Shown: positions 9,642 through 20,610 of the stretch, one piece after another
How positions within the stretch are numbered: position 1 is the stretch's first letter
How the letters are laid out: each line of letters begins with the position of its first letter
IMG/VR virus record: IMGVR_UViG_3300031772_000004
Coordinates: 42,710-106,709 of that record
Source of the DNA: a virus
Lineage: Duplodnaviria; Heunggongvirae; Uroviricota; Caudoviricetes
Strand: one strand, 5' to 3'
Length of the DNA stretch: 64,000 nt
Translations under genes and position numbers: made by a program
The notes under the pieces: model-generated
Databases searched by the model: none
Seen by the model: the letters and a program-made list of their open reading frames with translations, nothing else
What the model was told of the DNA's origin: nothing

Positions 9642-10336
9642 GGTGTGTTAAAATGATTATATAAGTGTTCTGCGACTTCAAATTGCCATAACCAATCTAT
9701 ATCAAAGCATTCAATTTCATTCATAATAAAAAACTCTGGATCATTTTTTTCTTTAAATGAACCCATATGTATTCCACTATAAAGATCTTCCATTGTGCCA
9801 GCATATAAAGAATGCGCGGCTTCATAGCAGATTTCTGTGAATTTAGTTTCTAATGTTGCTAGATATTTATCTGCGCCAAAAAATTTATTTAGCATTCTTC
9901 CATCATTGCCAAACAAAAATGTTTTCTTTTCAAATACACCAAACATTCCACGAGAATCTGATGCACAAAATGTATTTGTAAAATTATTTATAGTATTTGG
10001 CTTCAACAAAGGATTACAAGCATTAATGATAACATAATATTTAAATGGAAGAGTCTTGTGCCATTCAAATACAGATTGTACTGTTACTGGCTCTTGTGTA
10101 GATTCTTCACTGCGTATATACCGATTTAATTTATATTTATTTGCTACATCTACTAATTCTTTGTCCATTATTGACAAATAGAAATTATCATGTGGTATTA
10201 TAGTTTTGTTTATTATTTTATTAATAGCAATTTCAAATAGATTTGAATCACAAAATGGACGCAGCATTTTATTTGGAACTCTTGTAGATTGAGTCCGTGC
10301 TTGAATAATAAATGCTATATCTTTTATATTTTTCAT
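9638..10336 (-). CDS. CMP-sugar (acylneuraminate-type) cytidylyltransferase
   Basis: AFIIQARTQSTRVPNKMLRPF matches the CMP-NeuAc synthetase / CTP_transf_3 N-terminal motif (ArxxSxRxxxK). Confidence 0.6.
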   Translation of the reverse strand: MKNIKDIAFIIQARTQSTRVPNKMLRPFCDSNLFEIAINKIINKTIIPHDNFYLSIMDKELVDVANKYKLNRYIRSEESTQEPVTVQSVFEWHKTLPFKYYVIINACNPLLKPNTINNFTNTFCASDSRGMFGVFEKKTFLFGNDGRMLNKFFGADKYLATLETKFTEICYEAAHSLYAGTMEDLYSGIHMGSFKEKNDPEFFIMNEIECFDIDWLWQFEVAEHLYNHFNTP

Positions 10337-10953
10337 TGTAGTGCAGTGTTATCACACTTAAAATTTAATATTTCTGTTTTTGTTTTTTCATTAACATCTA
10401 AATTTATATGTGCGATTAGTTGAGTTCCAGTTATTTGTCTATAATCCTTTATGATAAACTCATCTTTACATTTAACCAACCAAAAACATTCTCCACCATA
10501 GTCTCCAGTTAAATATTCATGAAATATAAAATTCTTACAACCAAGAGATTTGCAGTGGTCATAAAATAGTTCTTGATTTCTTTGGTTTTCATACATCATT
10601 GTTCCTTGAGTATAAATTAAAAATGAATGTAAATTTTTAAAGTTTTCGTTAGACTTTGAAAGTTCAATAAAATCTATAATGCTAGTTTCTGTATATTTTA
10701 GACGTTTAAATTGCCGACACCATTTGATAGTTTCATATGGTGTAATATCACACCCCCACAAATCAAACTTATCTTTTTCATCAAATGGTATAAAATCTCT
10801 GCCGTTAGCGCAACCAAATATCAAAATATTATTAATATAAGGTGGCAGATAATCTACAAGATGATTTACGCATTTTTCGCTTTTTTGCAACCAATCTTCT
10901 AAGTTACGGCCGGTATAATAACCAATCCATCGTGGACTTTGTGGGTATTTCAT
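10333..10953 (-). CDS. hypothetical protein (possible Rossmann-fold methyltransferase)
   Basis: ILIFGCANGRDFIPF weakly resembles a SAM-MTase motif I. Confidence 0.3.
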   Translation of the reverse strand: MKYPQSPRWIGYYTGRNLEDWLQKSEKCVNHLVDYLPPYINNILIFGCANGRDFIPFDEKDKFDLWGCDITPYETIKWCRQFKRLKYTETSIIDFIELSKSNENFKNLHSFLIYTQGTMMYENQRNQELFYDHCKSLGCKNFIFHEYLTGDYGGECFWLVKCKDEFIIKDYRQITGTQLIAHINLDVNEKTKTEILNFKCDNTALQ

Positions 10954-12230
10954 ATATTTTTCCTAAAAATTGCGATGCTTCTTTTTCCTTGTAATACTTT
11001 ATCAACATTGTTTTGGTTTTCTTCGACAATTTTAAATGCTTCATCCGCCGCATCAATGGTTTTTTGTATATCTTTTGTTGTGTGGGAAAATTGAATATAT
11101 ATCACATTTGGAAATAATATGTTTTTCTTAACCATTTCTTGATAGAACAAATCTTTCATCCCCGCCGCGTCGGAGTGCGTGGTTTCATCAAAGGTTAAAT
11201 TGTGGCGGGGAGCACTGCCAGCGAAATTAATGTTTAAATTGTGTTTTTTTGCCATTTCTTTAATGCCTACATCCAACATATTTCCAAGCTTCCATATTTT
11301 GCTATAATCTTTATCATTTTTTAATATTTTGATTGTTTCTATCGCTGCGGCTAGAGAAAGACATTCGCCACCAAATGTCATAGAATAAAATACGACATTT
11401 AATTCATTCATATATTCTTTTTTGCCGGCAATAGCACTAATTGGCATACCATTTGCCATTGCTTTACCTAAACACGCTAAGTCAGGAATAACATTGAAGT
11501 GCCCCTGTGCTCCACCCAATGCCCAACGAAATCCTGTTACAACTTCATCAAATATTAACAAAGCTTTATAATCAGTACACAATTTTCTTACACCTTCAAG
11601 AAATCCTGGGGTTGGTGCTGTTAAACATTGCGGTTCTAAAATAACTCCTGCTACATCACCTTTTTTAAGAATGATTTCTAAACTTTCTAGATTATTATAT
11701 TCAAATGTATCAATAATATCCTTGAGACAAGATGGGATTCCATATGGCCTAAGTGTTATGCCATGCCAATCGCCCCAACCATGATATCCACACTTTGCTA
11801 TTCTTTCTTTTTTTGTATAAGACCGAGCAATTCGAACTGCAGCAAGGGTAGAATCAGAACCATTTTTTGCAAATCTCACTTGTTCTGCACATGGAACTAC
11901 CTCAGTTATTAATTGTGCTAATTCTTGCTCTAATAGTGTTGGAAGAGAAAAAATTATACCACTTTTAATTTGTTTTTTTATTGCAGAATTTACTTTGGGG
12001 TTATTATAACCTAATATTATAGGCCCAAGTCCGCACATGTAATCTAAAAATTTATTTCCGTTTAAATCAAATAAATATGCTCCTTTCCCACGACTAACAA
12101 ATTTTGGATATACACCATCTACAAATTGGTCGGGACACTTACTCATGGTTTGAGTTCCCCGAGGCATAAGTCGAACGGCATTTTCCCACAATTGATTTTC
12201 GTCTATGGTTTTCATATTATTACTCCGCAT
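10950..12230 (-). CDS. class-III PLP aminotransferase (glutamate-1-semialdehyde aminomutase-like; PtmG-like)
   Basis: GSDSTLAAVRIARSYT, IFDEVVTGFRW, LGKAMANG (PLP-Lys region). 426 aa. Confidence 0.65.
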   Translation of the reverse strand: MRSNNMKTIDENQLWENAVRLMPRGTQTMSKCPDQFVDGVYPKFVSRGKGAYLFDLNGNKFLDYMCGLGPIILGYNNPKVNSAIKKQIKSGIIFSLPTLLEQELAQLITEVVPCAEQVRFAKNGSDSTLAAVRIARSYTKKERIAKCGYHGWGDWHGITLRPYGIPSCLKDIIDTFEYNNLESLEIILKKGDVAGVILEPQCLTAPTPGFLEGVRKLCTDYKALLIFDEVVTGFRWALGGAQGHFNVIPDLACLGKAMANGMPISAIAGKKEYMNELNVVFYSMTFGGECLSLAAAIETIKILKNDKDYSKIWKLGNMLDVGIKEMAKKHNLNINFAGSAPRHNLTFDETTHSDAAGMKDLFYQEMVKKNILFPNVIYIQFSHTTKDIQKTIDAADEAFKIVEENQNNVDKVLQGKRSIAIFRKNI

Positions 12231-13242
12231 CCTTCAATCCCCGAATTATGAGTTCATTCAAGAATTTTTGGTCGGTATTTAACAACAATTGAGAATTTAA
12301 TTCAATTCCTGTGTATTTTTTGAATGCATATGATTTTTGTGTATATTGTGGAAGAATGCACAACAATTCTTCACAATAAAACGATTTGGCTTCTTCATCA
12401 AAAGGAATTGTATATGTAAATGGTAATTCTGAATTTGCTAACATATCTTCGTGGAATTTTTCTCCTGGACGCATACCTATTTCTATATATTTCAATGGTT
12501 TCTTTGTAATAAATTCAATTGAATTCATCACATTTTGCATTGTAAATGAATTTAATTTTGGTACAAATACTTCACCGCCAACTCCCCACATTAAAGAATT
12601 TAAAACAGTATTAACAGAATCTTCTAATGTGAATAAGAATCTTGTGCAATCTAAAGATGTAACTTTTATTGGTTCATTGTTTTCTAAAGCATCTATCCAG
12701 ATTGGTATAAATGACCCCCGGCTGGCTATTACATTACCATATCGAACAGAAGTAAAAATTGTGGAATGACCTGCTTTGGAAGAATAATAATCTTGATTTA
12801 AAAACATTCTCTCGGCAATAAATTTTGTCGCCCCATATACATTTATTGGCTGACAAGCTTTATCAGTTGATATTAATATACATTTATCTATTTTGTTTAA
12901 TAAGCAGGCATTTGTAACATTTATGCTACCAAGAATGTTTGTTTTGACCGCTTCATCAGGATAATATTCCACATCATCAATTCTTTTTAAAGCGGCAGTG
13001 TGAATTACATAGTTTGGCTTATATATGGATAAAGCGTAATTTAGTTTTTCAAAATCTCTAATGTCGCCAATAATTCTGATTATATCTTTGTCTTTTCCAA
13101 AATAAAGAGATTGTTTGCCCTCATCTCGGCTGTATATTATAATTTCACATTGGAATTTTTTCAGCTTTTTTATTAAAGCTCTGCCCAATGAACCTGTTCC
13201 ACCTGTTATCAATACCTTTTTGTTTTTAAAGAAATTAATCAT
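12220..13242 (-). CDS. PseB/CapD/FlaA1-like UDP-sugar 4,6-dehydratase
   Basis: KKVLITGGTGSLGRALIKKL ... IIYSRDEGKQ, characteristic of the polysacc_synt_2 (PseB/CapD) family. Confidence 0.7.
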   Translation of the reverse strand: MINFFKNKKVLITGGTGSLGRALIKKLKKFQCEIIIYSRDEGKQSLYFGKDKDIIRIIGDIRDFEKLNYALSIYKPNYVIHTAALKRIDDVEYYPDEAVKTNILGSINVTNACLLNKIDKCILISTDKACQPINVYGATKFIAERMFLNQDYYSSKAGHSTIFTSVRYGNVIASRGSFIPIWIDALENNEPIKVTSLDCTRFLFTLEDSVNTVLNSLMWGVGGEVFVPKLNSFTMQNVMNSIEFITKKPLKYIEIGMRPGEKFHEDMLANSELPFTYTIPFDEEAKSFYCEELLCILPQYTQKSYAFKKYTGIELNSQLLLNTDQKFLNELIIRGLKDAE

Positions 13243-14374
13243 ATAAATTTTCTATTTCATCCACAATTCTATTTGATGCTTTGCCGTCATTAAATTCATC
13301 AAATAATGCCAAAACATTCTTTTGATTTTCATTAAATTTTGAATCTAACCAATATAGTGTATCATCGAAAGCAATCATATTCAACTTAATATAATCATAT
13401 AATTTATTTATATTATTATAAAATGCTTTAATTTTATTTGGATCTATTTTTTCACAAAATTCATCCCAAGTTTTTATCTTTAATATTTTTGACCAAAAAT
13501 CAAAACGGCCAGCCGTGTTCCACGACTCAAGTGCGAAGTCAGTCATTAATCCAGATTCTTTTGAATCTATAATAACTACATTTTTATTCATTATTAATGG
13601 GTAGTAAATGACAGAACTAAATATGGAGACATGGAAATCACATTCTTTTATCTTTTTTATCAAATCTTCTTCTAATAATATCAATTCAACATTTGGAAAA
13701 TCCTTAAATTTAGCAAACTCACTTGGATGCGGGCGGTAATATATTTTCACATCCGTTTTGCTGTTTACCAGATTTAATTTTTCTATTATTTTTGGACGCA
13801 TATTCGTTTCACATGACCCATAAAAAATTACACTTTTATTTCCCACTGCTGAAGTAATTGGAGAATTTATAATGTTGTCATATTTTGGATTTCCGGTGAT
13901 TTTAGTTTTGTGTTTTATAAACCCACCATCTACTTTTGTTTTAAATGTGTGTTGGCTATGGTCAAAATATGCATCTATTAAATTTTTAGGAAATTGAAAT
14001 CTACTTAAAATTTCAAGTCGAGTAGAAATGTTGTTGTAAAGCCAAGATGAGTTCTCCACACAGCATACAATACAATCCTTAATTTTTAATTCTTGGATAA
14101 TAGATGTTTCTGGTTCCCAGGCATCTCTAGTTGTCAAAAAAATGTCAGGTTTAAATGGTAAATTAAAATTGAATGTTTTTAGTAAAAATTCTTGTTTGTA
14201 TTCTACATTTGAATCAAAGTTATAGTTAGAAACATCAAAGCATGGCGAAACAGTATTACTATATAAATAAAAATAATTAAAAGTGTCTCTTTTTTTTATT
14301 TCGAAGACAACATTTACTATCTCTCTATGACTCCGCTCATCGGAGGCAAATATGAATATATTTTTTTTGCTCAT
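13235..14374 (-). CDS. hypothetical protein (glycan island)
   Basis: 379-aa ORF. No motif recognised. Confidence 0.35.
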   Translation of the reverse strand: MSKKNIFIFASDERSHREIVNVVFEIKKRDTFNYFYLYSNTVSPCFDVSNYNFDSNVEYKQEFLLKTFNFNLPFKPDIFLTTRDAWEPETSIIQELKIKDCIVCCVENSSWLYNNISTRLEILSRFQFPKNLIDAYFDHSQHTFKTKVDGGFIKHKTKITGNPKYDNIINSPITSAVGNKSVIFYGSCETNMRPKIIEKLNLVNSKTDVKIYYRPHPSEFAKFKDFPNVELILLEEDLIKKIKECDFHVSIFSSVIYYPLIMNKNVVIIDSKESGLMTDFALESWNTAGRFDFWSKILKIKTWDEFCEKIDPNKIKAFYNNINKLYDYIKLNMIAFDDTLYWLDSKFNENQKNVLALFDEFNDGKASNRIVDEIENLYD

Positions 14375-15252
14375 TTTAATTTATTTTGAAAATCTATTTG
14401 TAAATTTTTTCTGAATATATTATACCATATTTGGATATCATACATTAATTTGTTAAGTATATCAACATTATTACAAAGGTCCATCATAATTTTGGGACAT
14501 TCATTCCATTCGTTTACAACTATAAATGGAATATTATCTCCATAAACATGTTTATAATAGTTAATGCCATCAAAATTGGGGTATTTTTTTACTATAGGAA
14601 CACACCCCCATTCCAATGCTTCATTAATTCTAAAACTATCAGGATTAAGCCAACCCATTGGACATGGAACAAAAAATGTTTTTTTATAGATTTCAATACT
14701 TTTCTCTACTGATAATGATGTTGGGCAATCCCATTGTGATGTTGAATGTACAAAATGTGGGCCAATTGTTTTTAAATGGTCATACATAAATACTCTATCA
14801 CTTTTTCCAACTTGTCCTATAAATGCCCAAAGGTATTCTTTATTATTTGCATGAAACAATCCTTCTCTATCTTCATTTAAGAAACCTGTTTTATATCCCA
14901 ACGGAATTGTTGTGACATTATCAAATGCATCGGTTTTTGGATCATAATATTCTCTAAATACATGTTTTGCATTTTTATAATGAGTAAAATCATGCTCATT
15001 TCTAGCTTCATTTGAAGTGTGAATTATATAATACTTATACTTTAATTCATCATATTTTTTAAAGTATTCTTCTAATTTTTTAGGCAAATCATTACAACAT
15101 GAATATACTATAATAGAATCGTCTAAAAATACTTTACATTCTCCGCCGTCAAAAATTTCTTTGTAATCTATTCCTTTTAATAAAAAATCTTTGATATATT
15201 GTAATGAAAATTGTTCATCACCAATTTTAGTTTGCCAAATTAAATTTTTCAT
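14371..15252 (-). CDS. hypothetical protein (glycan island)
   Basis: 293-aa ORF. No motif recognised. Confidence 0.35.
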   Translation of the reverse strand: MKNLIWQTKIGDEQFSLQYIKDFLLKGIDYKEIFDGGECKVFLDDSIIVYSCCNDLPKKLEEYFKKYDELKYKYYIIHTSNEARNEHDFTHYKNAKHVFREYYDPKTDAFDNVTTIPLGYKTGFLNEDREGLFHANNKEYLWAFIGQVGKSDRVFMYDHLKTIGPHFVHSTSQWDCPTSLSVEKSIEIYKKTFFVPCPMGWLNPDSFRINEALEWGCVPIVKKYPNFDGINYYKHVYGDNIPFIVVNEWNECPKIMMDLCNNVDILNKLMYDIQIWYNIFRKNLQIDFQNKLK

Positions 15253-16121
15253 AAAATATTCCTTTTTGGGGGGATAACAAAGCCCACTTCATCTCGAATA
15301 TCTATCTGTCCCCATTTTTGTATAAATCTCTTTCGATTTCTTTGTTCATAGTACATTTGTTTTTTAGATTGTTCATTTACTGTTTCTTCTGGAAAATGTC
15401 CATTTGCAGAGCGACTTCCAAAATGATACACAATAGATTTGGTAGTTAATACAAATTTGTAATCTTTAAGTTGCATTCTTATGAATAAATCCAAATCGTC
15501 AAAGGATAATGGATTAAAAATTGGATCGTTTCCACCAATAAAATCCCAATCTTTTTTGCGTATTAAACCAGACACACCTTGTCCAATACGAATTTCTATA
15601 TCATTTAATTTTTTAAATTCATTAGCATATTCAATAAAATATGATTCATTAAAATTATGATAAAATTCTCCAAAGGTATCGTTTGGAACAATCAATGTGT
15701 CAGGCCTGCTATTTTCTTTAAATACATTTGGTTGTATTCTATAACTTGACACCCACATCGGTATATTTGGGTATTTTTTAAATATTTTCAGTGCTTCTAA
15801 ATCCCAATCCGTAGATACAAAAAAGTCTGCATGTAAAAACATAATGAATTCAGTAAGAACCTTTTCTGCGCAAAAATTCATCCCACCACCAATACCTTTT
15901 GTGGTATCTTCAGAATTATCTTCAGTAAATATAGTTAAATTGTACTTGTCTTTATTTTCCTGTAACCATTTGTAAGTTTCGTCTTTATTACAATTTTCAG
16001 CAAATACAATAAAAGGCGCATCCTTGAAATGAGAATAAGTTCGTACAGAGTGAACGGCTAACTTTAGATAGTTCAAATTATTACTACACCCAATACAAAA
16101 TGTTAATGGACTATTTTTCAT
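15249..16121 (-). CDS. glycosyltransferase family 2-like
   Basis: TFCIGCSNNLNYLKLAVHSV...FIVFAENCNKD resembles a GT-A N-terminus. Weak. Confidence 0.4.
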   Translation of the reverse strand: MKNSPLTFCIGCSNNLNYLKLAVHSVRTYSHFKDAPFIVFAENCNKDETYKWLQENKDKYNLTIFTEDNSEDTTKGIGGGMNFCAEKVLTEFIMFLHADFFVSTDWDLEALKIFKKYPNIPMWVSSYRIQPNVFKENSRPDTLIVPNDTFGEFYHNFNESYFIEYANEFKKLNDIEIRIGQGVSGLIRKKDWDFIGGNDPIFNPLSFDDLDLFIRMQLKDYKFVLTTKSIVYHFGSRSANGHFPEETVNEQSKKQMYYEQRNRKRFIQKWGQIDIRDEVGFVIPPKRNIL

Positions 16122-16825
16122 ATGTTACTTTTTATTGGCACTAAATCACAACCATAGTTCGGAGTCTGATAGCTAATCATATCATTTCTTATCCACAAAG
16201 AATCACACTGCCATCCCCAATCTACAAAATTTAATAAAGTAAATCCGTTTTGTGATAAAAATATACATGTATCTTGAAATACATCTTTTTGACCTTCAAA
16301 TGATAAGCCTCTTTCATTCTCTACTTGAACACTTTTTATTATAGATATTTTGTTACCAAACCCCTTTAATACTTCTAATGTAAATCCCTCTACATCAATT
16401 TTACACAAATCAATTGATTCAATTTGATAATGATTTATAAAACTATCCATTCTCATCGTATCTGCTTCAACTTCTATAAAATCGGTTGGTGATAAGTTAA
16501 CTTTCTTTTTGAAAGATGAAGAACCTGGCTCTGTTCGCGAACAATTAAATGTTTGTTTTCCTGTTTTATCAGATATAGCTATATTAAAATTATTAAATCC
16601 ACTGTGATTCTTTTCTAAAATAGGAAATATATATGGATTTGGTTCAAAACAGAATACATTTGCGGGATCTATATCAAAACATTCTCTTAAATATTCTGCA
16701 TCATTTCCATTGTTAGCACCAATTTCAAATACATTTTTGGGTTGTATTTTTGTTCTTTGTGTAATGAAATTTGGATATAAGTCTATTTCAAATCTCATAG
16801 GTCCCTTATATTTAAATTCTCCCAT
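16118..16825 (-). CDS. FkbM-family methyltransferase
   Basis: VFEIGANNGNDAEYL (FkbM motif). Confidence 0.5.
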   Translation of the reverse strand: MGEFKYKGPMRFEIDLYPNFITQRTKIQPKNVFEIGANNGNDAEYLRECFDIDPANVFCFEPNPYIFPILEKNHSGFNNFNIAISDKTGKQTFNCSRTEPGSSSFKKKVNLSPTDFIEVEADTMRMDSFINHYQIESIDLCKIDVEGFTLEVLKGFGNKISIIKSVQVENERGLSFEGQKDVFQDTCIFLSQNGFTLLNFVDWGWQCDSLWIRNDMISYQTPNYGCDLVPIKSNI

Positions 16826-16827
16826 GA

Positions 16828-17703
16828 TTATATCTCCTCCATTTTGTTTCTTACTATATCAGCCACATCTATTGCTCTTATAGATTCCGCTACGCTTTTG
16901 TTGTAACTGGTTTTATAATAGTGTTTATGTAGCAATGGTGATATAACTTTAGTTACGATGCCATAATCTTCTATTTCCCATGGAGATGTGCAAGTAAACA
17001 TTGTTATACATGGTATTTTATGTGCGATGCATACATGCATCGGTAAACTATCGCTGCATATTACAAGTTTGTGGCCTGTTAAATCCGCTATATATTGTTT
17101 AATGGTTTTTCTTCGTTTTAAATAGTTGATTTTATATCCATAAACTTCTAATATACTTTCCAATTCTTTCATATGTGCCCAATTTTTAGTTGGCCAAACA
17201 GAACTATCTGATATTACCATTCCTATATCTCCTGCAAATTTTCTATCAGATACATTATATGTTGGTTTATAATACTTTTCACCATTAAATTTCTTTCCAA
17301 CCATCGTTGCAACAATCTCTTGATAAGATCTTCTATTGGAAAATTTTATTGCATCCGATGTTTCTTTTCCTAACACGCTAATTCGGCTCATATTAAACCA
17401 TTCTGATGAATCTAAAGTATATGTCAAAACCTTTTGATTTAATAGATATGGACCTATATAAGAATCGGCTTTAATACCACTTGTTGCCGATACAAATATA
17501 TTTTTATCTTCTTCTAAATTAATAACCAAATCATAATGTTTGGAATCATATTGCTTAGGATTAGTATATACAATTCCATCAACCAAACAAGCATTTTCTT
17601 TAGTGGTAAACCAATGAATTTCATCCTTGCTAAGCAATTTTGATAAAAATGTGGTTCTTAGAACATCCCCTGATGCTCCCGTCTTTATTATCAATATTTT
17701 CAT
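16828..17703 (-). CDS. GT9-family glycosyltransferase (heptosyltransferase-like)
   Basis: MKILIIKTGASGDVLRTT N-terminus and C-terminal GHKLVICSDSLPMHVCIAHKIPCITMF, both typical of GT9. Confidence 0.55.
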   Translation of the reverse strand: MKILIIKTGASGDVLRTTFLSKLLSKDEIHWFTTKENACLVDGIVYTNPKQYDSKHYDLVINLEEDKNIFVSATSGIKADSYIGPYLLNQKVLTYTLDSSEWFNMSRISVLGKETSDAIKFSNRRSYQEIVATMVGKKFNGEKYYKPTYNVSDRKFAGDIGMVISDSSVWPTKNWAHMKELESILEVYGYKINYLKRRKTIKQYIADLTGHKLVICSDSLPMHVCIAHKIPCITMFTCTSPWEIEDYGIVTKVISPLLHKHYYKTSYNKSVAESIRAIDVADIVRNKMEEI

Positions 17704-18395
17704 TATCTTGTAACTTTATAACCCTTGTTCTCTTCAACTGTGAACAATTTATTATAACGCAAATTTGTTTCCATTTGCTTTTCCATCGTCTTTCGATGAT
17801 ACAACGCAAGTTCTTCTTCTTTCGGAAGATGTGCGAATGTTTTATGCCCAATGATTTTTTCATGTAAGCGCCCTTCCCATTTTATATTAGGCAAGTTTTT
17901 GAAAATTCGTGTTTGATAATCGCCTCCATTCCAATTTACCCATTTACCAGGATTATTTATATCCCACCCCCACATTTTTGCATGCTGTTCTGTAACGCCC
18001 TCATACATATTTATTCGTGGAATCCAAAACAATTCTGTTGCTGGATTTTCTTTTAATATATCCGGCAAGTCTTCTAAAAGCGATTCTGCTGGTAATTCAT
18101 CAGCATCAATTTGAAAGATATATTCTCCCTTACAAAGTGATTTGCCATAATTCTTGTGTTCTCCGTAATTATTGTTTAGAGCGTGTTGATGGACTGTAAA
18201 ATTTGGTTTTAATGTCATTGGATGTACAACAGAACATTTGCTTAATACTTCCTTCGTATTTATATCATCACTAAAGTCATCCAATACAATGATTTCACCA
18301 TCTGTATTATATTTGCATAACAAAGATAGTAAATCTTTTAATTGTTTACTTTCATTGTGACATGTGACCAAATAACTTATAAATGGATTATTCAT
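17703..18395 (-). CDS. glycosyltransferase family 2
   Basis: ISYLVTCHNESKQL...IIVLDDFSDD (GT2 DxD-type motifs). Confidence 0.5.
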   Translation of the reverse strand: MNNPFISYLVTCHNESKQLKDLLSLLCKYNTDGEIIVLDDFSDDINTKEVLSKCSVVHPMTLKPNFTVHQHALNNNYGEHKNYGKSLCKGEYIFQIDADELPAESLLEDLPDILKENPATELFWIPRINMYEGVTEQHAKMWGWDINNPGKWVNWNGGDYQTRIFKNLPNIKWEGRLHEKIIGHKTFAHLPKEEELALYHRKTMEKQMETNLRYNKLFTVEENKGYKVTR

Positions 18396-18397
18396 GA

Positions 18398-19003
18398 TTA
18401 TTTCTTAAATATAATAAATTTATACATTCCTTTTCCTGCTCCCCAATAAGATTCTAAATTTGTATTGTTGTTTATTTCAATATACTCTTTAGTTTTTGTG
18501 TTATAAACAAATGGTTTGAATTTTTTGTCTAATACATCTGATATCAATTTTTTCCAAAATAATTTTCCCATGGGTGTATGAGATTCGTCGGATGATATGA
18601 ATTCATAATTTTTTAATATATATTCTAATATCCAATATCTAGCCAATCCAAATGTATGTTTTTCTTGCCATATGTTTTTTGAAGATATACCAATTTTATT
18701 ATCTATTTTTATTTCTTCAAATTCATGAATTAAAGCAATGTGGGATTGTTTTTCAACTAATAAATTCATAAAAATCATACCATCTTCAATTGTTTTGTAT
18801 ATTCTAAAATTTTGCTCTCCGTTTTTAAATATCCCAATTAATTTATCTCGTTTTTCTATTTTTTCTGCTTCTCTTCTGTTTAAAACAGGATCTGAATCGA
18901 ATCGGTTTAAAAATTGTGGGACATCGCTTGGGGATTCTATCATAAGATTTGATATACCATATATTTCTTTTATGTATTTTTTATAATTTAATTTATTTTT
19001 CAT
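18398..19003 (-). CDS. hypothetical protein
   Basis: 201-aa ORF. Confidence 0.3.
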   Translation of the reverse strand: MKNKLNYKKYIKEIYGISNLMIESPSDVPQFLNRFDSDPVLNRREAEKIEKRDKLIGIFKNGEQNFRIYKTIEDGMIFMNLLVEKQSHIALIHEFEEIKIDNKIGISSKNIWQEKHTFGLARYWILEYILKNYEFISSDESHTPMGKLFWKKLISDVLDKKFKPFVYNTKTKEYIEINNNTNLESYWGAGKGMYKFIIFKK

Positions 19004-19059
19004 TTCTTTATTTTATATTTCCAGATATAACCAAATAACTTATAAATGGATTATTCATA

Positions 19060-19293
19060 TTACTCTTTAATCTTTACAAAATGATGCTCGACGGTTAATG
19101 GCGCAACACAACTAAACTTTTCTGTGTAGAGATATTCACCGTCGATGGTGACACCATCCCCATATAGACTACCCTCACCGGTATCAAGAGCATCTGCTAT
19201 ATGTTTTACAATTCTTTCTTGCTCTTGATTAGTTGGCTGTCTATCCAATTCTATTGTAACAATTATATCTAATTTCATGCTCATATTATACAC
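19060..19293 (-). CDS. hypothetical protein
   Basis: 77-aa ORF overlapping the next gene's start. Confidence 0.25.
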   Translation of the reverse strand: MYNMSMKLDIIVTIELDRQPTNQEQERIVKHIADALDTGEGSLYGDGVTIDGEYLYTEKFSCVAPLTVEHHFVKIKE

Positions 19294-20608
19294 TGCTACT
19301 TATTGGTAACACAATTTGTGGGTTAACTATTTTCTTTAGTTTTGGTAATATGATTTTTTGCTCCGTGGGAAATTCTGGTATATATTTGTCCAAGAGAGCA
19401 TGAAATGCTTTGTCCATTTGTAACAAACTAAACTTTTCCATGTTTTCTACACGAAGATTTTCAGCCTTTTCGAGCAATTTTTCATAATTATCAATCAAAC
19501 CCTTCATCTTTCTTCCGGCTTGTTCGTAATTTACATTAAACCATCCGGCTTCTCTTATAAGCCACTCATTTGCTGATTCTGGTGGAATCTGCTTTATTTC
19601 TCCAGTTAATAAATTTGTATATTGTGGATTTAAAAAGTCAAGGTGGCCACTCCAATTTGATGCTAAGATAGGCTTTCCACTTAATGATGCTAATAGTAAT
19701 GGATGACCATAACCTTCTCCGTGAGTAAAATTGACATGTGCTTTAATTTTTTTATGATTATACAGATAATTCATCTCAGCGTCGGTTAGATCGCCATGTA
19801 AAAGATATATTTGTGGTAAATTGTCTCCACCCACTTCTTTTTTGATTCTGTCAATCTTATCTAGTATTTCATATTTGTCTATTTTAGAAAATGATACACC
19901 GCTTGTCTTTAAGACTAGAGCGGGTTTCTTCTTTTCATCTCTAAATGTAGTTAGGAAAGTTTTTATCAGATTTCCTATGTCTTTTCTGTCGTTATAAAGA
20001 CCGGCGTTATGTGTCCATTGACCAACAAAAAGAAAACAAAAATCTTCTTTTATTGCATCTAACACGACATCAACACTATTAATTTTTTCGTCTACTTTTT
20101 TATAAACCTCTGTATTTGCTCCCCAAAATAAAACTTCCATTGGTTTTGTTGATTTTAAATCTTCTGATTGTCCTGTCTGATTAAATGTTTTCTTATATGA
20201 TGTCTTTAAAAAAACATCCTTGACAAAATTACTTAACACAAAATTGACATCCATTTTATTAAGTCCTTCAATCCATTCTGGCTTAGGAACAGTGGTTTCA
20301 ATACCTGCCGTCATTCCTATGTTTACTTTACCAACGCCATTAAATTCGTTTGGTATGCTTATTTGTATATAAACTTCTGGTTGCTTAGGTAATGGTCCCC
20401 TTAATATTTGATTAAATAAAAGTTTTTCTTGCTCATCTTCTAAATCATCAATAGAATGCTTTGTTGGACAGCCACCCCATCGTGTTGGCACTATTTTTAA
20501 ATCAAATTTATCATAACGCAATAAAGATTTAGCAATAGCCATACTCCAATCACCATAACCACTTCTTGTAAACAACGCGGATTGTAAAATGCAAACAGGT
20601 TTATTCAT
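19286..20608 (-). CDS. GT-B fold glycosyltransferase (GT1/GT4-like)
   Basis: C-terminal THGEGYGHPLLLASLSGKPILASNWSG resembles the GT4 EX7E region. Confidence 0.45.
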   Translation of the reverse strand: MNKPVCILQSALFTRSGYGDWSMAIAKSLLRYDKFDLKIVPTRWGGCPTKHSIDDLEDEQEKLLFNQILRGPLPKQPEVYIQISIPNEFNGVGKVNIGMTAGIETTVPKPEWIEGLNKMDVNFVLSNFVKDVFLKTSYKKTFNQTGQSEDLKSTKPMEVLFWGANTEVYKKVDEKINSVDVVLDAIKEDFCFLFVGQWTHNAGLYNDRKDIGNLIKTFLTTFRDEKKKPALVLKTSGVSFSKIDKYEILDKIDRIKKEVGGDNLPQIYLLHGDLTDAEMNYLYNHKKIKAHVNFTHGEGYGHPLLLASLSGKPILASNWSGHLDFLNPQYTNLLTGEIKQIPPESANEWLIREAGWFNVNYEQAGRKMKGLIDNYEKLLEKAENLRVENMEKFSLLQMDKAFHALLDKYIPEFPTEQKIILPKLKKIVNPQIVLPISSSV

Positions 20609-20610
20609 AT